NCBI GenBank assembly: GCA_965217775.1
Contig: CBDCJH010000002.1
Coordinates: 5,632,001 to 5,696,000 of the forward strand
Length of the DNA: 64,000 nucleotides
Direction: 5' to 3'
DNA from: Acidobacteriota bacterium
GTDB taxonomy: Bacteria; Acidobacteriota; UBA6911; RPQK01; JAJDTT01
Below are positions 39,868-50,467 of this stretch, in pieces; within the stretch, counting starts at the first letter, position 1; every line of letters begins with the position of its first letter. Under the pieces are notes generated by a model. It was not told the DNA's origin. It saw only the letters and a program-made list of their open reading frames with translations, and did no database searches. The translations under genes and the position numbers were made by a program.

Positions 39868-40247
39868 TTCAGGTCCCCCATCACCTCCATGAGCACCGAC
39901 GGCTGGCCCCACGGCAACCGGAAATCCGCTGCGGCCACACCGGGCGGGTGACCCCCAGGCGGCTTGATCCAGTGACCGACCGGCCGGCGGCGGACTCCCC
40001 ACGGCCATGCGATCGCGGCCTGGCGCCTCCCCCGTCCCCGATCGTCTCGCACCAGCCCCCTCTCGTCGCTCCCCAACCGGGCGTCTCCTGCGGGTCCTCC
40101 AGACGCTCCGCAGCCCCATCCCGGCCCCTCGGCGAATCTCTCGAACCCCTCCTTGTGGCTCCCCCCCCGAACGGCCTCGCCAGGAACCGGAAGGGGACCG
40201 TTCTCGACGGCCACTTCGGTGCCCTCCTCCCGCGCCGCCCACACCCT

Positions 40248-41399
40248 TCAGTCCTGCCCCACCCGCCAGACCAGAGCTCGCGTCTGCCGGGTCTGCAAGT
40301 GGACTTCACGGATGTACAGGTGCCGGTAGCGGACCAGCAGCTTGTCTTCCAACTCTTCCACGCCCACCCACTCCTCCGCCAAGGACTCACACACAAAGTA
40401 ACGGTCCCCGCCCGCGCTCAAACACCCCCGGCGATTGAGCCGTTTCACCTGCAGCCCCCGGGGATACTCCCAGGGAGCCGGGTCCCGATCGTAGCCACGC
40501 GTACTGCGACGGTAGTGTTGGGCCGGGACCTCCATCCGCAGCGACTCATGGGGTCGAACCTGATTGTATTCCTGGCGAAAGTCCTGCAGAAATCGCTCCC
40601 ACTCCTGCCACCGTTGCGGTCGCCCCCGGTGCGCCACCGAGTCGCTCAAAGTGCGATGAAATCGTTCCACCTTCCCCTGCGTCTGCGGGTGCCGGACTCG
40701 CCCGTAGATCAGGTCGATCCCTTGCTTGATCAATTCCACGCTCAATCGCGTCAGCCCCCATCCATTGCTGGTACTCCACCAAGGGGCCCCATGGTCCATC
40801 AGCATGGCCTCCGGCACTCCGTAGCCCTCAAAGGTCCTTCGTAGACAGGTTTGCACCGGATCCATTTGCGTGGTCGGCAAACCATACAACCCCACCGAAT
40901 ACCGCGAGCAGTCGTCCAGGATCGAGAGCGGATGACACGGCCCTTCGGGGCCCTGAAACGGCCCCTTGAAGTCCATTTGCCACAACTCGTTGGGCTGGGA
41001 TCGTTCGAATCGTTGCGGTGCCGGCCGTTGCGCCTGGTATTCCCCCAACTCGCCCTGCCGCCGCAGAATCCGATTCACCGTCGGGACACTCAAGGACACG
41101 CCTTCGCGCTCCAGCAGCACCTGCAGCTTCTTGCCTCCCCACCCGTATTGCCGCCGCAGTTCCACCACCCGAGCTTCCACCGCCGCCGCCGTTCTCGCCG
41201 GACTGTGCCGGGGCCGCCGGGAGCGCTCCTCCAGTCCGGTCACGCTGTGGGCTTCCCGATACCTCTTCAGCCACTTGTAACCTGTCGGCCGACTGATCTG
41301 AAACTCCCGACACAGGGCGCTCATGTTGGCCCCAGGCTGCACGGCCCGAAGTACGAAACGGATCTTCTGATCCATCACATTCGTCACTTTCCAGGGCAT
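40248..41399 (-). CDS. IS481-family DDE transposase (apparently intact)
   Basis: GGAGG RBS; MPWK..HTH ISRPTGYKWLKRY; WQMDFKG, LMDHGAPW and PQTQGKVERFHRTL; YNQVRPHESL. Confidence 0.93.
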   Translation of the reverse strand: MPWKVTNVMDQKIRFVLRAVQPGANMSALCREFQISRPTGYKWLKRYREAHSVTGLEERSRRPRHSPARTAAAVEARVVELRRQYGWGGKKLQVLLEREGVSLSVPTVNRILRRQGELGEYQAQRPAPQRFERSQPNELWQMDFKGPFQGPEGPCHPLSILDDCSRYSVGLYGLPTTQMDPVQTCLRRTFEGYGVPEAMLMDHGAPWWSTSNGWGLTRLSVELIKQGIDLIYGRVRHPQTQGKVERFHRTLSDSVAHRGRPQRWQEWERFLQDFRQEYNQVRPHESLRMEVPAQHYRRSTRGYDRDPAPWEYPRGLQVKRLNRRGCLSAGGDRYFVCESLAEEWVGVEELEDKLLVRYRHLYIREVHLQTRQTRALVWRVGQD

Positions 41400-41571
41400 C
41401 TTCACCTCCTACCCAAAGAAGGCTACTTCTCACCCTGATGTGTAAAGGATGTCCTGATACAAACTGTAAACGATGTCCTGATACCGTACACACACAAGGG
41501 TCGCCCCTACATCTTCCCGTTTGGAGGGGGTTTTGGTAAAATCGCGGCAAATCCATATCGTTGAGTGACTT

Positions 41572-44500
41572 ATGTTGATTTTTCGACGGCGGTATTCGGG
41601 ACTGGTTCTGCTCTCCCTCGCCCTCTTGGCTGCGCCCGGCCTGGGTCAGAACCAGCCGGCGGGAACACTGGATTTCAAGCGGGACATCGAGCCCATCTTC
41701 AGCCAGCGATGCCACCATTGCCACGGGTCCGGCCAGGCGGCCGGCGGACTGCGGCTCGATCTCCGGGAATCGGCCCTCAAGGGCGGCTCCTCGGGTCCCG
41801 CGATCATCCCGGGCGACAGCTCGGCCAGCCGGCTGATCGACCTGGTCTCGGGGACCGGCGGCATGATCATGCCGCTTCAAGGCGAACCTCTTAGCGCCGA
41901 TCTGGTCGACCGGCTCCGCGCCTGGATCGATCAGGGAGCCCCCTGGCCGGCGGAGAATTCCGGCGGCGACACCGAACTTCAGGCGAAAGGGAAGGGCCAC
42001 TGGTCGTTTCAGGAAATCGGCGACCCGGCGGTCCCAAAGGCGGGAAACCCGGACTGGATCCGGAATCCCATCGACTCGTTCGTGCTGGAAACCCTGGAAA
42101 AACGGGAACTTCGGCCCTCCCCCCGGGCTTCGCGGGAGACGCTGGTCCGCAGATTGCACCTGGATCTGCTGGGTCTCCCTCCCACTCCCGCCGAGGTGGA
42201 GGCGTTCGTGAGCGATCCGTTTCCCAACGCCTATGAGCGTCTGGTCCGGCAGTTGCTCGCATCGCCTCATTTCGGAGAACGCTGGGCTCGTCACTGGTTG
42301 GACTTGGCCCGTTACGCCGACAGCGACGGATTCGAGAAGGATCGTCCCCGCCCCCACGCCTGGCGTTACCGGGAGTGGGTTATCCAGGCCATCAATCGGG
42401 ACCTCCCCTATGATCGATTCGTCATCGAGCAGATGTCCGGGGATCTACTGCCGGATGCCGGCACGGAACAGCGCGTGGCGACCGGATTTCACCGCAACAC
42501 CCTCACCAACCGCGAGGGCGGAGTCGACAAGGAGCAGTTCCGGATCGAACAGATCGTGGATCGGACCAACACTACGGCCTCCGTCTTTCTCGGTCTGACC
42601 ATGGCCTGTGCCCAGTGCCACGATCACAAGTACGATCCGCTCTCTCAACAGGAGTATTACGAGCTCTTCGCCTTTCTCAACGAGGCCGAGGAAAAGAACA
42701 TCCCGGCGACCCTGGAACCGGAGCTGGCGGCCTATCGGCGAGCCAAGCAGGAATGGGATCTGAGGCAGGAAATGCTGGTCGGGAAGATGGAGGCCGAGAG
42801 GAAGCCTCTGGTGGAGGAACTGGGCCCGAAGCTGGCCGCTTGGGAAGCCCGCAACCCGTATCCTCTGCTGGGCCAGTGGCAGGTGCTCGATCCCGTCAGC
42901 TCCACCACTACCGACTCCAAGGAGACCGAACTGGTCAAGCAGGAGGACGGCAGCCTGTTGGCCCGGGGCGCCAATCCCGCCCACAACAACTACAAGGTCG
43001 AGGTCAGGAGCTCGCTGGCCGGGATCACCGCGTTTCGAATTGAGGTTCTCAAGGACCCGACGCTCCCGAATTCGGGTCCTGGCCGAGCCGCTCAAGGGGA
43101 ATTCGCACTCTCGGAAGTGCGCATCGAAGTTTCGACCGGTGAAGCCGGCAAGGAGCCTCGGAAACTGGAGATCGATTCGGCGGTGGCCTTGCAGGAACTG
43201 GACGGGTTCGAGGTCTCTCGAGCCGTCGACGGGGAAGAGGTGACGGGCTGGTCTCCGGGTGGACTCGACGGACCCAACCACAATCGTCAGATCGTCGTGA
43301 TCCTCAAGGAGGACGCCGGCTCGTCTGCCGGCACCACTTTCAATTTCACGTTGGAACAGCGCCTCGGCGACCACCGGACCATGGGACGGTTCCGGCTCTC
43401 GGCGACGACAGCTCCGAGGCCGACGCTGCAGTCCCTGGTCCCCATCGACGTGGAGCGGGTGCTGGCCCTGGAACCTCAGGATCGGTCCGATAATCAGAAG
43501 GCTTTGTTGCTCGACTACGCCGTCGACCAGCAGCCTCGGATGCGGGAATGGCACGCCGCTCTGGAAGGGCATCACAAGGCGATGCCGCAGGTCCCCGAAA
43601 CGCTGGCCCAGACCATCGCTCAGAACCCCGAGCCACCCAAGACCCACATCCATGGCCGGGGCGATTTCCTGCGCAAGGGCCGGCAGGTGATGCCGGGAAC
43701 CCCAGGCGTTCTGCCTCCCTTGCGTTGGCGGGAAGAACGGCCGGACCGGCTCGATCTGGCCCGGTGGATCGTGGATCCCTCTCATCCGCTCACGGCCCGC
43801 GTGGAAGTCAATCGAATCTGGGAGAAGCTTTTCGGAAGAGGGCTGGTGGCGACCAGTGACGACTTCGGGACGCGCGGCGAGAAGCCCTCCCATCCCGAAC
43901 TGCTGGACTGGCTCTCCCGCGAGTTCGTGAATCTGGGCTGGAGCCGCAAGGATCTGATCGAAACGATCGTCCTTTCATCCACCTATCAGCAGTCCTCGCA
44001 GGTGGACCCGGAGCGTCTCAAGACCGATCCGAACAACGTCTGGCTGACCCGGCAGAATCGGTTCCGCGTGGAGTCGGAAGTCACCCGGGACCTCTTCCTG
44101 GCCGTGGGAGGGCTGTTGGAACGCCGGGTGGGGGGGCGGAGCATTCGTCCGCCGCTGCCGAAAGACGTGGCCAAGGTGGGCTACAGCTCGGGCGTTAAAT
44201 GGCCCGAGAGTCCGGGGACCGACAAGTACCGCCGCGGGCTCTACATCCACTTTCAGCGCACCGTTCCCTATCCCATGCTCATGACCTTCGACAGCCCGGA
44301 CTCCAACACCGCCTGTCTCCGGAGAACCCGGTCCAACACGCCGCTGCAGGCGCTGACGTTGCTCAACGACGACGTCTTCGTCGAATGCGCCCGGTCGTTC
44401 GCCCAGAAGGTCACCTCCGAGGTGAAGTCCACGGACGAGGATCGGCTTCGCTACGCGTTTCGGAGGGCGCTGGCGAGAGAACCGGACCCGGTCGAGATGA

Positions 44501-44676
44501 GCGTGTTGACAAAGCTGTTGGACGATCAGGAACAGGTATTCGCGGCAGGGGAGGGGTCGGCGCCCAAGGTTGCCGGTCCGGGCTTTCCGGGCGAGCTGTC
44601 CCCGGAAGAGGCCGCCGCCTGGACGACGGTGGCGCGCACCATCCTGAACTTGGACGAATTTGTCACTCGGGAGTAG
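41572..44676 (+). CDS. PSD1/planctomycete cytochrome c-DUF1549-DUF1553 protein
   Basis: Signal peptide; CHHCHG; HWSF; RNPIDSF; [19 protein letters not shown]; [11 protein letters not shown]; [10 protein letters not shown]; SNTPLQAL; [10 protein letters not shown]. Confidence 0.92.
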   Translation: MLIFRRRYSGLVLLSLALLAAPGLGQNQPAGTLDFKRDIEPIFSQRCHHCHGSGQAAGGLRLDLRESALKGGSSGPAIIPGDSSASRLIDLVSGTGGMIMPLQGEPLSADLVDRLRAWIDQGAPWPAENSGGDTELQAKGKGHWSFQEIGDPAVPKAGNPDWIRNPIDSFVLETLEKRELRPSPRASRETLVRRLHLDLLGLPPTPAEVEAFVSDPFPNAYERLVRQLLASPHFGERWARHWLDLARYADSDGFEKDRPRPHAWRYREWVIQAINRDLPYDRFVIEQMSGDLLPDAGTEQRVATGFHRNTLTNREGGVDKEQFRIEQIVDRTNTTASVFLGLTMACAQCHDHKYDPLSQQEYYELFAFLNEAEEKNIPATLEPELAAYRRAKQEWDLRQEMLVGKMEAERKPLVEELGPKLAAWEARNPYPLLGQWQVLDPVSSTTTDSKETELVKQEDGSLLARGANPAHNNYKVEVRSSLAGITAFRIEVLKDPTLPNSGPGRAAQGEFALSEVRIEVSTGEAGKEPRKLEIDSAVALQELDGFEVSRAVDGEEVTGWSPGGLDGPNHNRQIVVILKEDAGSSAGTTFNFTLEQRLGDHRTMGRFRLSATTAPRPTLQSLVPIDVERVLALEPQDRSDNQKALLLDYAVDQQPRMREWHAALEGHHKAMPQVPETLAQTIAQNPEPPKTHIHGRGDFLRKGRQVMPGTPGVLPPLRWREERPDRLDLARWIVDPSHPLTARVEVNRIWEKLFGRGLVATSDDFGTRGEKPSHPELLDWLSREFVNLGWSRKDLIETIVLSSTYQQSSQVDPERLKTDPNNVWLTRQNRFRVESEVTRDLFLAVGGLLERRVGGRSIRPPLPKDVAKVGYSSGVKWPESPGTDKYRRGLYIHFQRTVPYPMLMTFDSPDSNTACLRRTRSNTPLQALTLLNDDVFVECARSFAQKVTSEVKSTDEDRLRYAFRRALAREPDPVEMSVLTKLLDDQEQVFAAGEGSAPKVAGPGFPGELSPEEAAAWTTVARTILNLDEFVTRE

Positions 44677-44679
44677 GAC

Positions 44680-46164
44680 ATGAGCTCTTGGAACGAAAAA
44701 ATTCTTGAATCGCGTCGAGATTTCCTGACCAGCAGCGCCAGCGGTCTGGGCGGTATCGCCCTGACGGCGATGCTGGCCGAGCAGGGACTCCTGGGGCAGG
44801 CCAATGCCGCCGGGGCCGTCCGGAAGCGGATGAAGTCCACCCATTTCCCAGCCCAGGCCAAGAGCTGCATTTTCCTCTTCATGGCCGGCGCTCCCAGCCA
44901 GATCGACCTCTTCGATCCGAAGCCGAAACTGACGGAGCTGAACGGCCAGCCCATGCCCGAGTCCATGCTGGAGAAGGTCCGGTTCGCCTTCATCAAGAAG
45001 GAGTCGGCCGTGCTGATGGGCAGCAATGCCGGGTTTCGCAAGCATGGCGAATCGGGCACCCGGATCTCCGACTATCTTCCCAACATCGGTGGCTGCGCCG
45101 ACGACATCGCCTTGATCCGGTCCATGCATACCGAGGCCTTCAACCATCACCCGGGGCAGTTGATGATGAATTCAGGGGTGCCCACGTTCGGGCGTCCGTC
45201 AATGGGGTCCTGGCTCAACTACGGCCTGGGCAGCGAGTCGGAGGACCTTCCCGGTTACGTCGTCCTGACCGCCGGTAAGGGCACCAGCGGGGGAGCGTCC
45301 AACTGGTCCAGCGGCTTCCTGCCCTCAAGTTACGAGGGCGTGCTTTTCCGCAACCAGGGCGACCCGGTGCTGCACCTGTCCAATCCCGAGGGTCTGCCGC
45401 ACGAGTGCCAGCGCCGGAGCCTGGACGCCTTGAAGCAGCTCAACCAGCAGCACTACAAGCAGTCCCGCGATCCCGAAATCCTGTCTCGCATCGCCTCCTA
45501 CGAATTGGCCTACCGAATGCAGGCCGCGACGCCGGAACTCATCGACCTCTCCCAGGAAAGCGAGAAGACCTTGGAGATGTATGGAGTCAACCGGAACGAT
45601 CCCGACGGCAGCCACGGACGCGGCTTCACCAGCGGGGTGTTCGGCACCTACGCCCGCAACTGCCTGTTGGCGCGCCGCCTGGTGGAACGGGGCGTACGAT
45701 TCGTCAATGTCTATCACGCGTCATGGGATCATCACAGCGGACTGGACAAACAATTGCCCGTCAACTGCCGGATCGTCGACCAGCCGGTCGCCGCGCTCAT
45801 CCAGGACTTGAAGCAACGGGGCATGCTGGACGAAACGCTCGTCGTCTGGGCGGCGGAATTCGGCCGGACCCCATTGGCGGAGAACAATGGAGGAGAAGAC
45901 GAAATCAACACCGGCCGGGATCACCACCCCTTCGCCTACAGCGTCTTCATGGCCGGCGGGGGCATCCAGGGAGGGCAGGTCATCGGCAGGACGGACGACA
46001 TCGGCTGGGGAGTGGAGGAGGAGCCCGTCTCCATCAACGACTTCCATGCCACGATCCTCCATCTCTTCGGCATCGACCACCTGCGGCTGACCCATCGTTT
46101 TCAGGGACGGGACTTCCGGTTGACCGACGTGGGCGGCGAGGTGGTGACCAAACTGTTGGCGTAA
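44680..46164 (+). CDS. DUF1501-domain protein (Tat-exported)
   Basis: SRRDFL; FMAGAPSQIDLFDPKP; CLLARRLVERGVRFV; WDHH; EFGRTP; GRDHHP; GRDFRLTDVGG. Confidence 0.92.
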   Translation: MSSWNEKILESRRDFLTSSASGLGGIALTAMLAEQGLLGQANAAGAVRKRMKSTHFPAQAKSCIFLFMAGAPSQIDLFDPKPKLTELNGQPMPESMLEKVRFAFIKKESAVLMGSNAGFRKHGESGTRISDYLPNIGGCADDIALIRSMHTEAFNHHPGQLMMNSGVPTFGRPSMGSWLNYGLGSESEDLPGYVVLTAGKGTSGGASNWSSGFLPSSYEGVLFRNQGDPVLHLSNPEGLPHECQRRSLDALKQLNQQHYKQSRDPEILSRIASYELAYRMQAATPELIDLSQESEKTLEMYGVNRNDPDGSHGRGFTSGVFGTYARNCLLARRLVERGVRFVNVYHASWDHHSGLDKQLPVNCRIVDQPVAALIQDLKQRGMLDETLVVWAAEFGRTPLAENNGGEDEINTGRDHHPFAYSVFMAGGGIQGGQVIGRTDDIGWGVEEEPVSINDFHATILHLFGIDHLRLTHRFQGRDFRLTDVGGEVVTKLLA

Positions 46165-46184
46165 GGGCGCCCCTTGTGGGTGCC
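46161..46184 (+). repeat. GTAG-type REP (degenerate)
   Basis: GTAA-GGGCGCCC-TTGT-GGGTGCCC, similar to 12557. Confidence 0.6.
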
Positions 46185-46255
46185 CTCTTGGGCCGTCTCA
46201 GGAGCGGCGTCCTTCCCATGGCCGGAGGTCCCGAAATCATGTAGATTTGGACATC

Positions 46256-47248
46256 ATGTTGAATCACCCGCGATTGCTTTTCTCCGCTCTTTTGTTGGTC
46301 ATTACGGTGGCTGCCACGCCAGCCAACCCGTTCTCGCCTCAGGACAAGAAACAGTCTGAGGGTGACCAGGCAGGGCAGTTGGTAGAAGACCAGATGCTGG
46401 ACGAAGCCCGCACCGTGGGCAAGCCCCGGTCTCGAGCGGAATTCAGTGCGTGGCAGGAGATCAGTGAGGCGACTGATGTTCGCAAGCAGGCCCGGCTGGC
46501 GGAGAGATTCCTGAAGAAATTTCCCGATAGCGGACTGACTGCGTGGGCCCACCTTGCGATTGCCAACGCGGCTTTTTCGCGCAACGATATCGATCGTTTC
46601 ATTCGGCACGGAGAAGACGCTCTGCTCGAGCTTCCCGACACCCCCGAGCTGCTGGCGCCGTTGGCCAATATCTACTCCGAAAGCAAGAGGACCGACCGGG
46701 CGACCGACTACGCCACCCGAGCCCTCCAACTGTTGGACCAGATGGAGAAACCGATGGGCCAGGCCACGGTCGATTGGATTGCCATGAAGCAGGGGTGGGC
46801 GGGGGACGCACACTATGCATTGGGTCGATCCATCCTGGAAGTGTGGACCAAGTCTCCCAACAAACCGGTCAAGGATCTTGAAGTAGCGGTGGAACACCTG
46901 AAGCAGACTCTGAAGATGAATCCGGGACACGGTTATGCCGCGTTCCGTCTCGGATTTGCCGCGTCCCGGACCCACGACTACGATACCGCCCTGTTGGCCT
47001 ATGCTCGCGCGGCGGTGGTGGAGGGGCCGGCCGCGGAATCGGCCAAGGGGCATGTGAGGAGGCTCCACGACGGTCTGCGAAACGTTCCCAATTCCCGATG
47101 GGCCTCGACCAACGCCAGCAATATCATCCGGGACGATAGAGAGCGGCTCGCGGCGGAGATGGACGCGAAGGAGCAGGAGTACTCGCGCCTGGCCGCGGAG
47201 TACGACAGTGCCGCGCCTGAAATCGCCGCCCCGCCGTCTCTGCAGTGA
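46256..47248 (+). CDS. Exported TPR-like hypothetical protein
   Basis: Signal peptide; FLKKFPDS; helical TPR-like repeats (AHYALG, AAFRLG). Confidence 0.65.
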   Translation: MLNHPRLLFSALLLVITVAATPANPFSPQDKKQSEGDQAGQLVEDQMLDEARTVGKPRSRAEFSAWQEISEATDVRKQARLAERFLKKFPDSGLTAWAHLAIANAAFSRNDIDRFIRHGEDALLELPDTPELLAPLANIYSESKRTDRATDYATRALQLLDQMEKPMGQATVDWIAMKQGWAGDAHYALGRSILEVWTKSPNKPVKDLEVAVEHLKQTLKMNPGHGYAAFRLGFAASRTHDYDTALLAYARAAVVEGPAAESAKGHVRRLHDGLRNVPNSRWASTNASNIIRDDRERLAAEMDAKEQEYSRLAAEYDSAAPEIAAPPSLQ

Positions 47249-47288
47249 CTCGCCGCAAGCAGTTTTCTTTCCTGCAGGACCGATCGAC

Positions 47289-48029
47289 ATGAAACTGACG
47301 GAAGACGTCTATCTGGTGGGCGGCGGCGACACCGGTTTCAACATTTCCAATCGCATGGACTGCCACGTGTTCGTGATTGGAGGGGAAGACGAACTGGCCC
47401 TGGTGGACGCCGGATTCGACGGGCCCGGGAAGATCCTGAGCAACATTGAGAACGATGGTCTGGATCCGGGGAAGATCCGCCGGATCTTCGTCACCCACTA
47501 TCATGCCGATCATGTGGGGGCCCTGGCCCAGTTGAAGCGCGAATTGGGCGCCACCGTCATCGCCGGAAAGGAAGCGGCGCCGACGATCCGAAACGGGGAC
47601 GCGGAGCAGACCGGTCTGGCCTGGGCTCAAGAGTTCGGCTTTTATCCGCCGGAGTTCCGCTGGGAGGCTTGCGAAGTCGAGGAGGAAATGGAGGACGGGG
47701 ACAGGTTCGAGGTTGGAGGTCTGGAACTCACGTCCATCGCCACCCCGGGTCATTGCAGCGGCCACTATTCCCTCCTCTTGAAGGGCCGGGACCGAACCTG
47801 TCTTCTGGCCGGGGACCAGGTGTTCTGGGGCGGTGCGGTGGTCCTCCAGAACGTCCGTGATTCGAGCATTCAGGATTGTGCGGCCTCCATGCAGAAGCTG
47901 CTGAACTACGACTTTGACGCTCTGCTTCCGTCTCACCTGGCCTTCTCGCTGGAGCGCGGAAAGCGCCACGTCGAGGCGGGAGCCAAGGCGTTCGAACAGA
48001 CCGGTCTTCCCAGAAATCTGTTCGGTTGA
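47289..48029 (+). CDS. Metallo-beta-lactamase-fold hydrolase
   Basis: LVDAG, THYHADHVG, TPGHCSGH, LAGD and LLPSH. Confidence 0.9.
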   Translation: MKLTEDVYLVGGGDTGFNISNRMDCHVFVIGGEDELALVDAGFDGPGKILSNIENDGLDPGKIRRIFVTHYHADHVGALAQLKRELGATVIAGKEAAPTIRNGDAEQTGLAWAQEFGFYPPEFRWEACEVEEEMEDGDRFEVGGLELTSIATPGHCSGHYSLLLKGRDRTCLLAGDQVFWGGAVVLQNVRDSSIQDCAASMQKLLNYDFDALLPSHLAFSLERGKRHVEAGAKAFEQTGLPRNLFG

Positions 48030-48568
48030 TTCAAATGGTCTGGTGCCTTCCCATTCTGATGCTGGCCGCGTTGGCCACCTCCGAAGGCGCAGGGCAGAAG
48101 TTGTCCGCCAAGGGCTTCTTTTTGGAAGTCCCCTATGTCAGACAAGCGGAGAACTATTGTGGTCCCGCAGTGCTCGCCATGCTCCTGCGCTACTGGAATC
48201 ATCCGGCCGATCACCGGGAACTGGCGGGACGTTTCCGGCCCTTTCCGAAAAAGGGCCTGAGCGGTCTCGAACTGAAGAAGCTGGCGGCCGGGGAGGGATT
48301 CCAGGCCTACTCGTTTGCCGGCGACACGCCCGAAATGCTCGAGCACCTGCGGCAGGGACGGCCTCTGATCACCGTGATCGCCCCCTCCGTCCTGACGGCC
48401 AACAATCACTACGTGGTGCTGGTCGGGTGGGACGAATCCCGCCGGGAATGGATCGTGCATGATCCGGTGAAGGGACCCTATCAGCGGCGGCCGGCGGGGG
48501 AGTTGGCGCGGCAGCGGTCGCGGCTGGAAAACTGGACGCTTCTGGTCATCCCCGAAATTCCATCCTGA
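48026..48568 (+). CDS. Secreted stand-alone C39-like cysteine peptidase (PA2778-like)
   Basis: Signal peptide; VPYVRQAENYCGPAVLAMLLRYW (Q..C), HYVVLVGWD (H) and VHDP (D); no ABC-transporter domain. Confidence 0.85.
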   Translation: MIQMVWCLPILMLAALATSEGAGQKLSAKGFFLEVPYVRQAENYCGPAVLAMLLRYWNHPADHRELAGRFRPFPKKGLSGLELKKLAAGEGFQAYSFAGDTPEMLEHLRQGRPLITVIAPSVLTANNHYVVLVGWDESRREWIVHDPVKGPYQRRPAGELARQRSRLENWTLLVIPEIPS

Positions 48569-48617
48569 GCCGGCTCCGGCAACAACCGCAATTGAGACTG
48601 ACTACAATGTCCGGCGT

Positions 48618-50348
48618 ATGTTCGGGCACGTCCGGCCGGCGCCGATTTCCGTCCGCGTCTCCCTGGCGGTATTGCTGAGCCTGCTCCTCGCTCCGCCCGC
48701 CTTGGCCGCCGGCACGGGTGAGCTTCTGGCCCGGGGCCGAACGGAACTGGAGGCGGAACGATACCAGGCCGCCGAGTCGCTCTTTCGGGAGGTTCTGGAG
48801 CAGGAGGCGTCCAACGGCGAGGCCTCCTTTCTACTCGGTCTGGCTTTGGCCAAGCAGGAGCGTTGGGCCGACGCCGAAAGGGAGCTGGAGCGTGCCATCC
48901 GGCTGAAGCCCGGCTACGCGGCGGCTCATGCGGAGCTGGCCGGCGTCTATTTCAAGCAGGACAGAAGGGATCAGGCCCGAGTCAGCCTGCGAACGGCGCT
49001 GAAGCTGGATCCTCAGAACAGCTATGCGCGGAGCTTTCTGGCCATCCTCTCCTATCTCCAGGACAGGCGGTTGGAGGCCCTTCACCACTGGAATCTGTTG
49101 GGCGAGCCGCACGTCGCTCAGATCGAAGTCGCGACTTCGGAAGACGCGGAGCCGAAGCTGGTGGAATCCCTCTTCCGATTAAACGAAGGCGAGGTTCTGG
49201 ACCGGAAACAGCTCCTGCAGTCGTATTGGGTGCAACACCGGTTCCGGCTGGGGCCGAGGTTCGGTTGGCAACTCGACCCGCAGCCGGGGGGACGATGGAA
49301 TCTGCGGGTCGACCTTCCTCCAGGTAGCGACTCTTTCTCCAACAAGACCGGGTCTCTGATCGAGAATTCCTCCCGAGCCGTCTTCAATCGGGAGATCGGT
49401 CTCGGGTTGCGGGACGGCCGAGGGCGGCGATTGGCGGGAGGGGTTCGGTGGGACGCTCCCCGGAAGCGGGCCGGGGCGTCCGCGTGGTTCCCCTTCTTTT
49501 CGTCCTCATCCGACCTTTTGCGTGTCGGCTTCGATCTCCGGGACGAGGATTGGAGCCATACCGCCTCGGGCACCGAATATGCTTATCGGACGGAAAAGGT
49601 CTTCGGCGCCTACGAATGGTTGATGTCCGACCGCAGGTCCCTTTCCTTCCATGGCGGGTACCAGCGCCAGTCTTTTCGATTCGACGGGGACACGACCGCT
49701 CTTCCACAGAGTCCTCACCTCTTGGCCGTGGGACTGGAATGGAATCAACTGTGGGGTCTGGACGCCGGGGAAAACGCGCGGTTGAGTTGGATGGCCCGGT
49801 TCGACGCCTTTTCGCCTCTCGCCGAAGCCGGAGAACCTTCCCACAGGATGATGTCGGGTCTGGGTATCGATTGGATGATGGCCAAGCGATCGGAGACGCG
49901 GCTGAGATTGTCGCTTCAGGGTGGAGTCTCGGGCCGGAACCTGCCGCTGGATCACTATTTCCTGTTCGGGATCGGGCCCGATGCCCGGCTGCCCCTCAAG
50001 GCCCATCCCGAACTGCGGGACGGCCGGAGAGGGAATAGTCCCATGGGGCGTGATTTCGTCCTCCTGAGTGCGGAACTGGGGCGGAGGCTCTGGCGGTGGA
50101 GGTTCCTCGAAGTGGGAGGATTCGTCTTCAGCGATACGGCGTTCGTCTCGGGCAGGCCGTTTCTTTCGGCAACGGGGGATTGGTTTCAGGACGTTGGAGT
50201 GGGGTTGCGTTTCAAGGTGTTGGGTCAGGAATTCCTGAATGTTTTCCTGGGGCTGGATGCTCGGAGCCGGACCTTTCATCACTGGGCCGGGCTTCCCAGC
50301 AGCCAGTTCGGCGGCGTTGGAACGGCGGCTGGGAGCGGTGGCTTGTAG
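48618..50348 (+). CDS. TPR + putative Omp85/BamA-TamA-like outer-membrane beta-barrel protein
   Basis: Signal peptide; 3-4 TPRs; amphipathic beta-strands; C-terminal FVFSDTAF..WFQDVGVGLRF..LNVFLGLD resembles the terminal strands of Omp85-type barrels. Confidence 0.6.
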   Translation: MFGHVRPAPISVRVSLAVLLSLLLAPPALAAGTGELLARGRTELEAERYQAAESLFREVLEQEASNGEASFLLGLALAKQERWADAERELERAIRLKPGYAAAHAELAGVYFKQDRRDQARVSLRTALKLDPQNSYARSFLAILSYLQDRRLEALHHWNLLGEPHVAQIEVATSEDAEPKLVESLFRLNEGEVLDRKQLLQSYWVQHRFRLGPRFGWQLDPQPGGRWNLRVDLPPGSDSFSNKTGSLIENSSRAVFNREIGLGLRDGRGRRLAGGVRWDAPRKRAGASAWFPFFSSSSDLLRVGFDLRDEDWSHTASGTEYAYRTEKVFGAYEWLMSDRRSLSFHGGYQRQSFRFDGDTTALPQSPHLLAVGLEWNQLWGLDAGENARLSWMARFDAFSPLAEAGEPSHRMMSGLGIDWMMAKRSETRLRLSLQGGVSGRNLPLDHYFLFGIGPDARLPLKAHPELRDGRRGNSPMGRDFVLLSAELGRRLWRWRFLEVGGFVFSDTAFVSGRPFLSATGDWFQDVGVGLRFKVLGQEFLNVFLGLDARSRTFHHWAGLPSSQFGGVGTAAGSGGL

Positions 50349-50428
50349 CCGCCGAACTCCGGAGGAACGGTGGGGGTAGGAAGGAACGGGTGAAAGAAAG
50401 AATGGGGGACAAGACTGCCCCCCATTCC
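50332..50428. repeat. REP doublet at the boundary of TBDR unit 1
   Basis: GGAG-CGGTGGCTTGTAGCCGCCG ... GGGGGACAAGACTGCCCCC; homologous to 54904-55000 and 59679-59756. Confidence 0.75.
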
Positions 50429-50467
50429 GAGCGGAAAGCAAATGGTGCGTCTACCCGCGGGAAAGCG

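Larger units (their letters stand above)
38269..41490 (-). mobile_element. IS481-family element with nested IS21 debris, inserted in a GTAG-REP loop
   Basis: IRs TGTTTGGTATCAAGACATCCTTTACA and (reverse complement) TGTACGGTATCAGGACATCGTTTACA, each with a second internal copy; flanking direct repeat CACACAAG at 38261-38268 and 41491-41498. Confidence 0.85.

Noticed and set aside
38096-40244. ORFs of 130-384 aa in the IS debris as real genes
   Set aside because: Low-complexity Arg/Pro/Gly-rich translations containing only short frameshifted IstB pieces.
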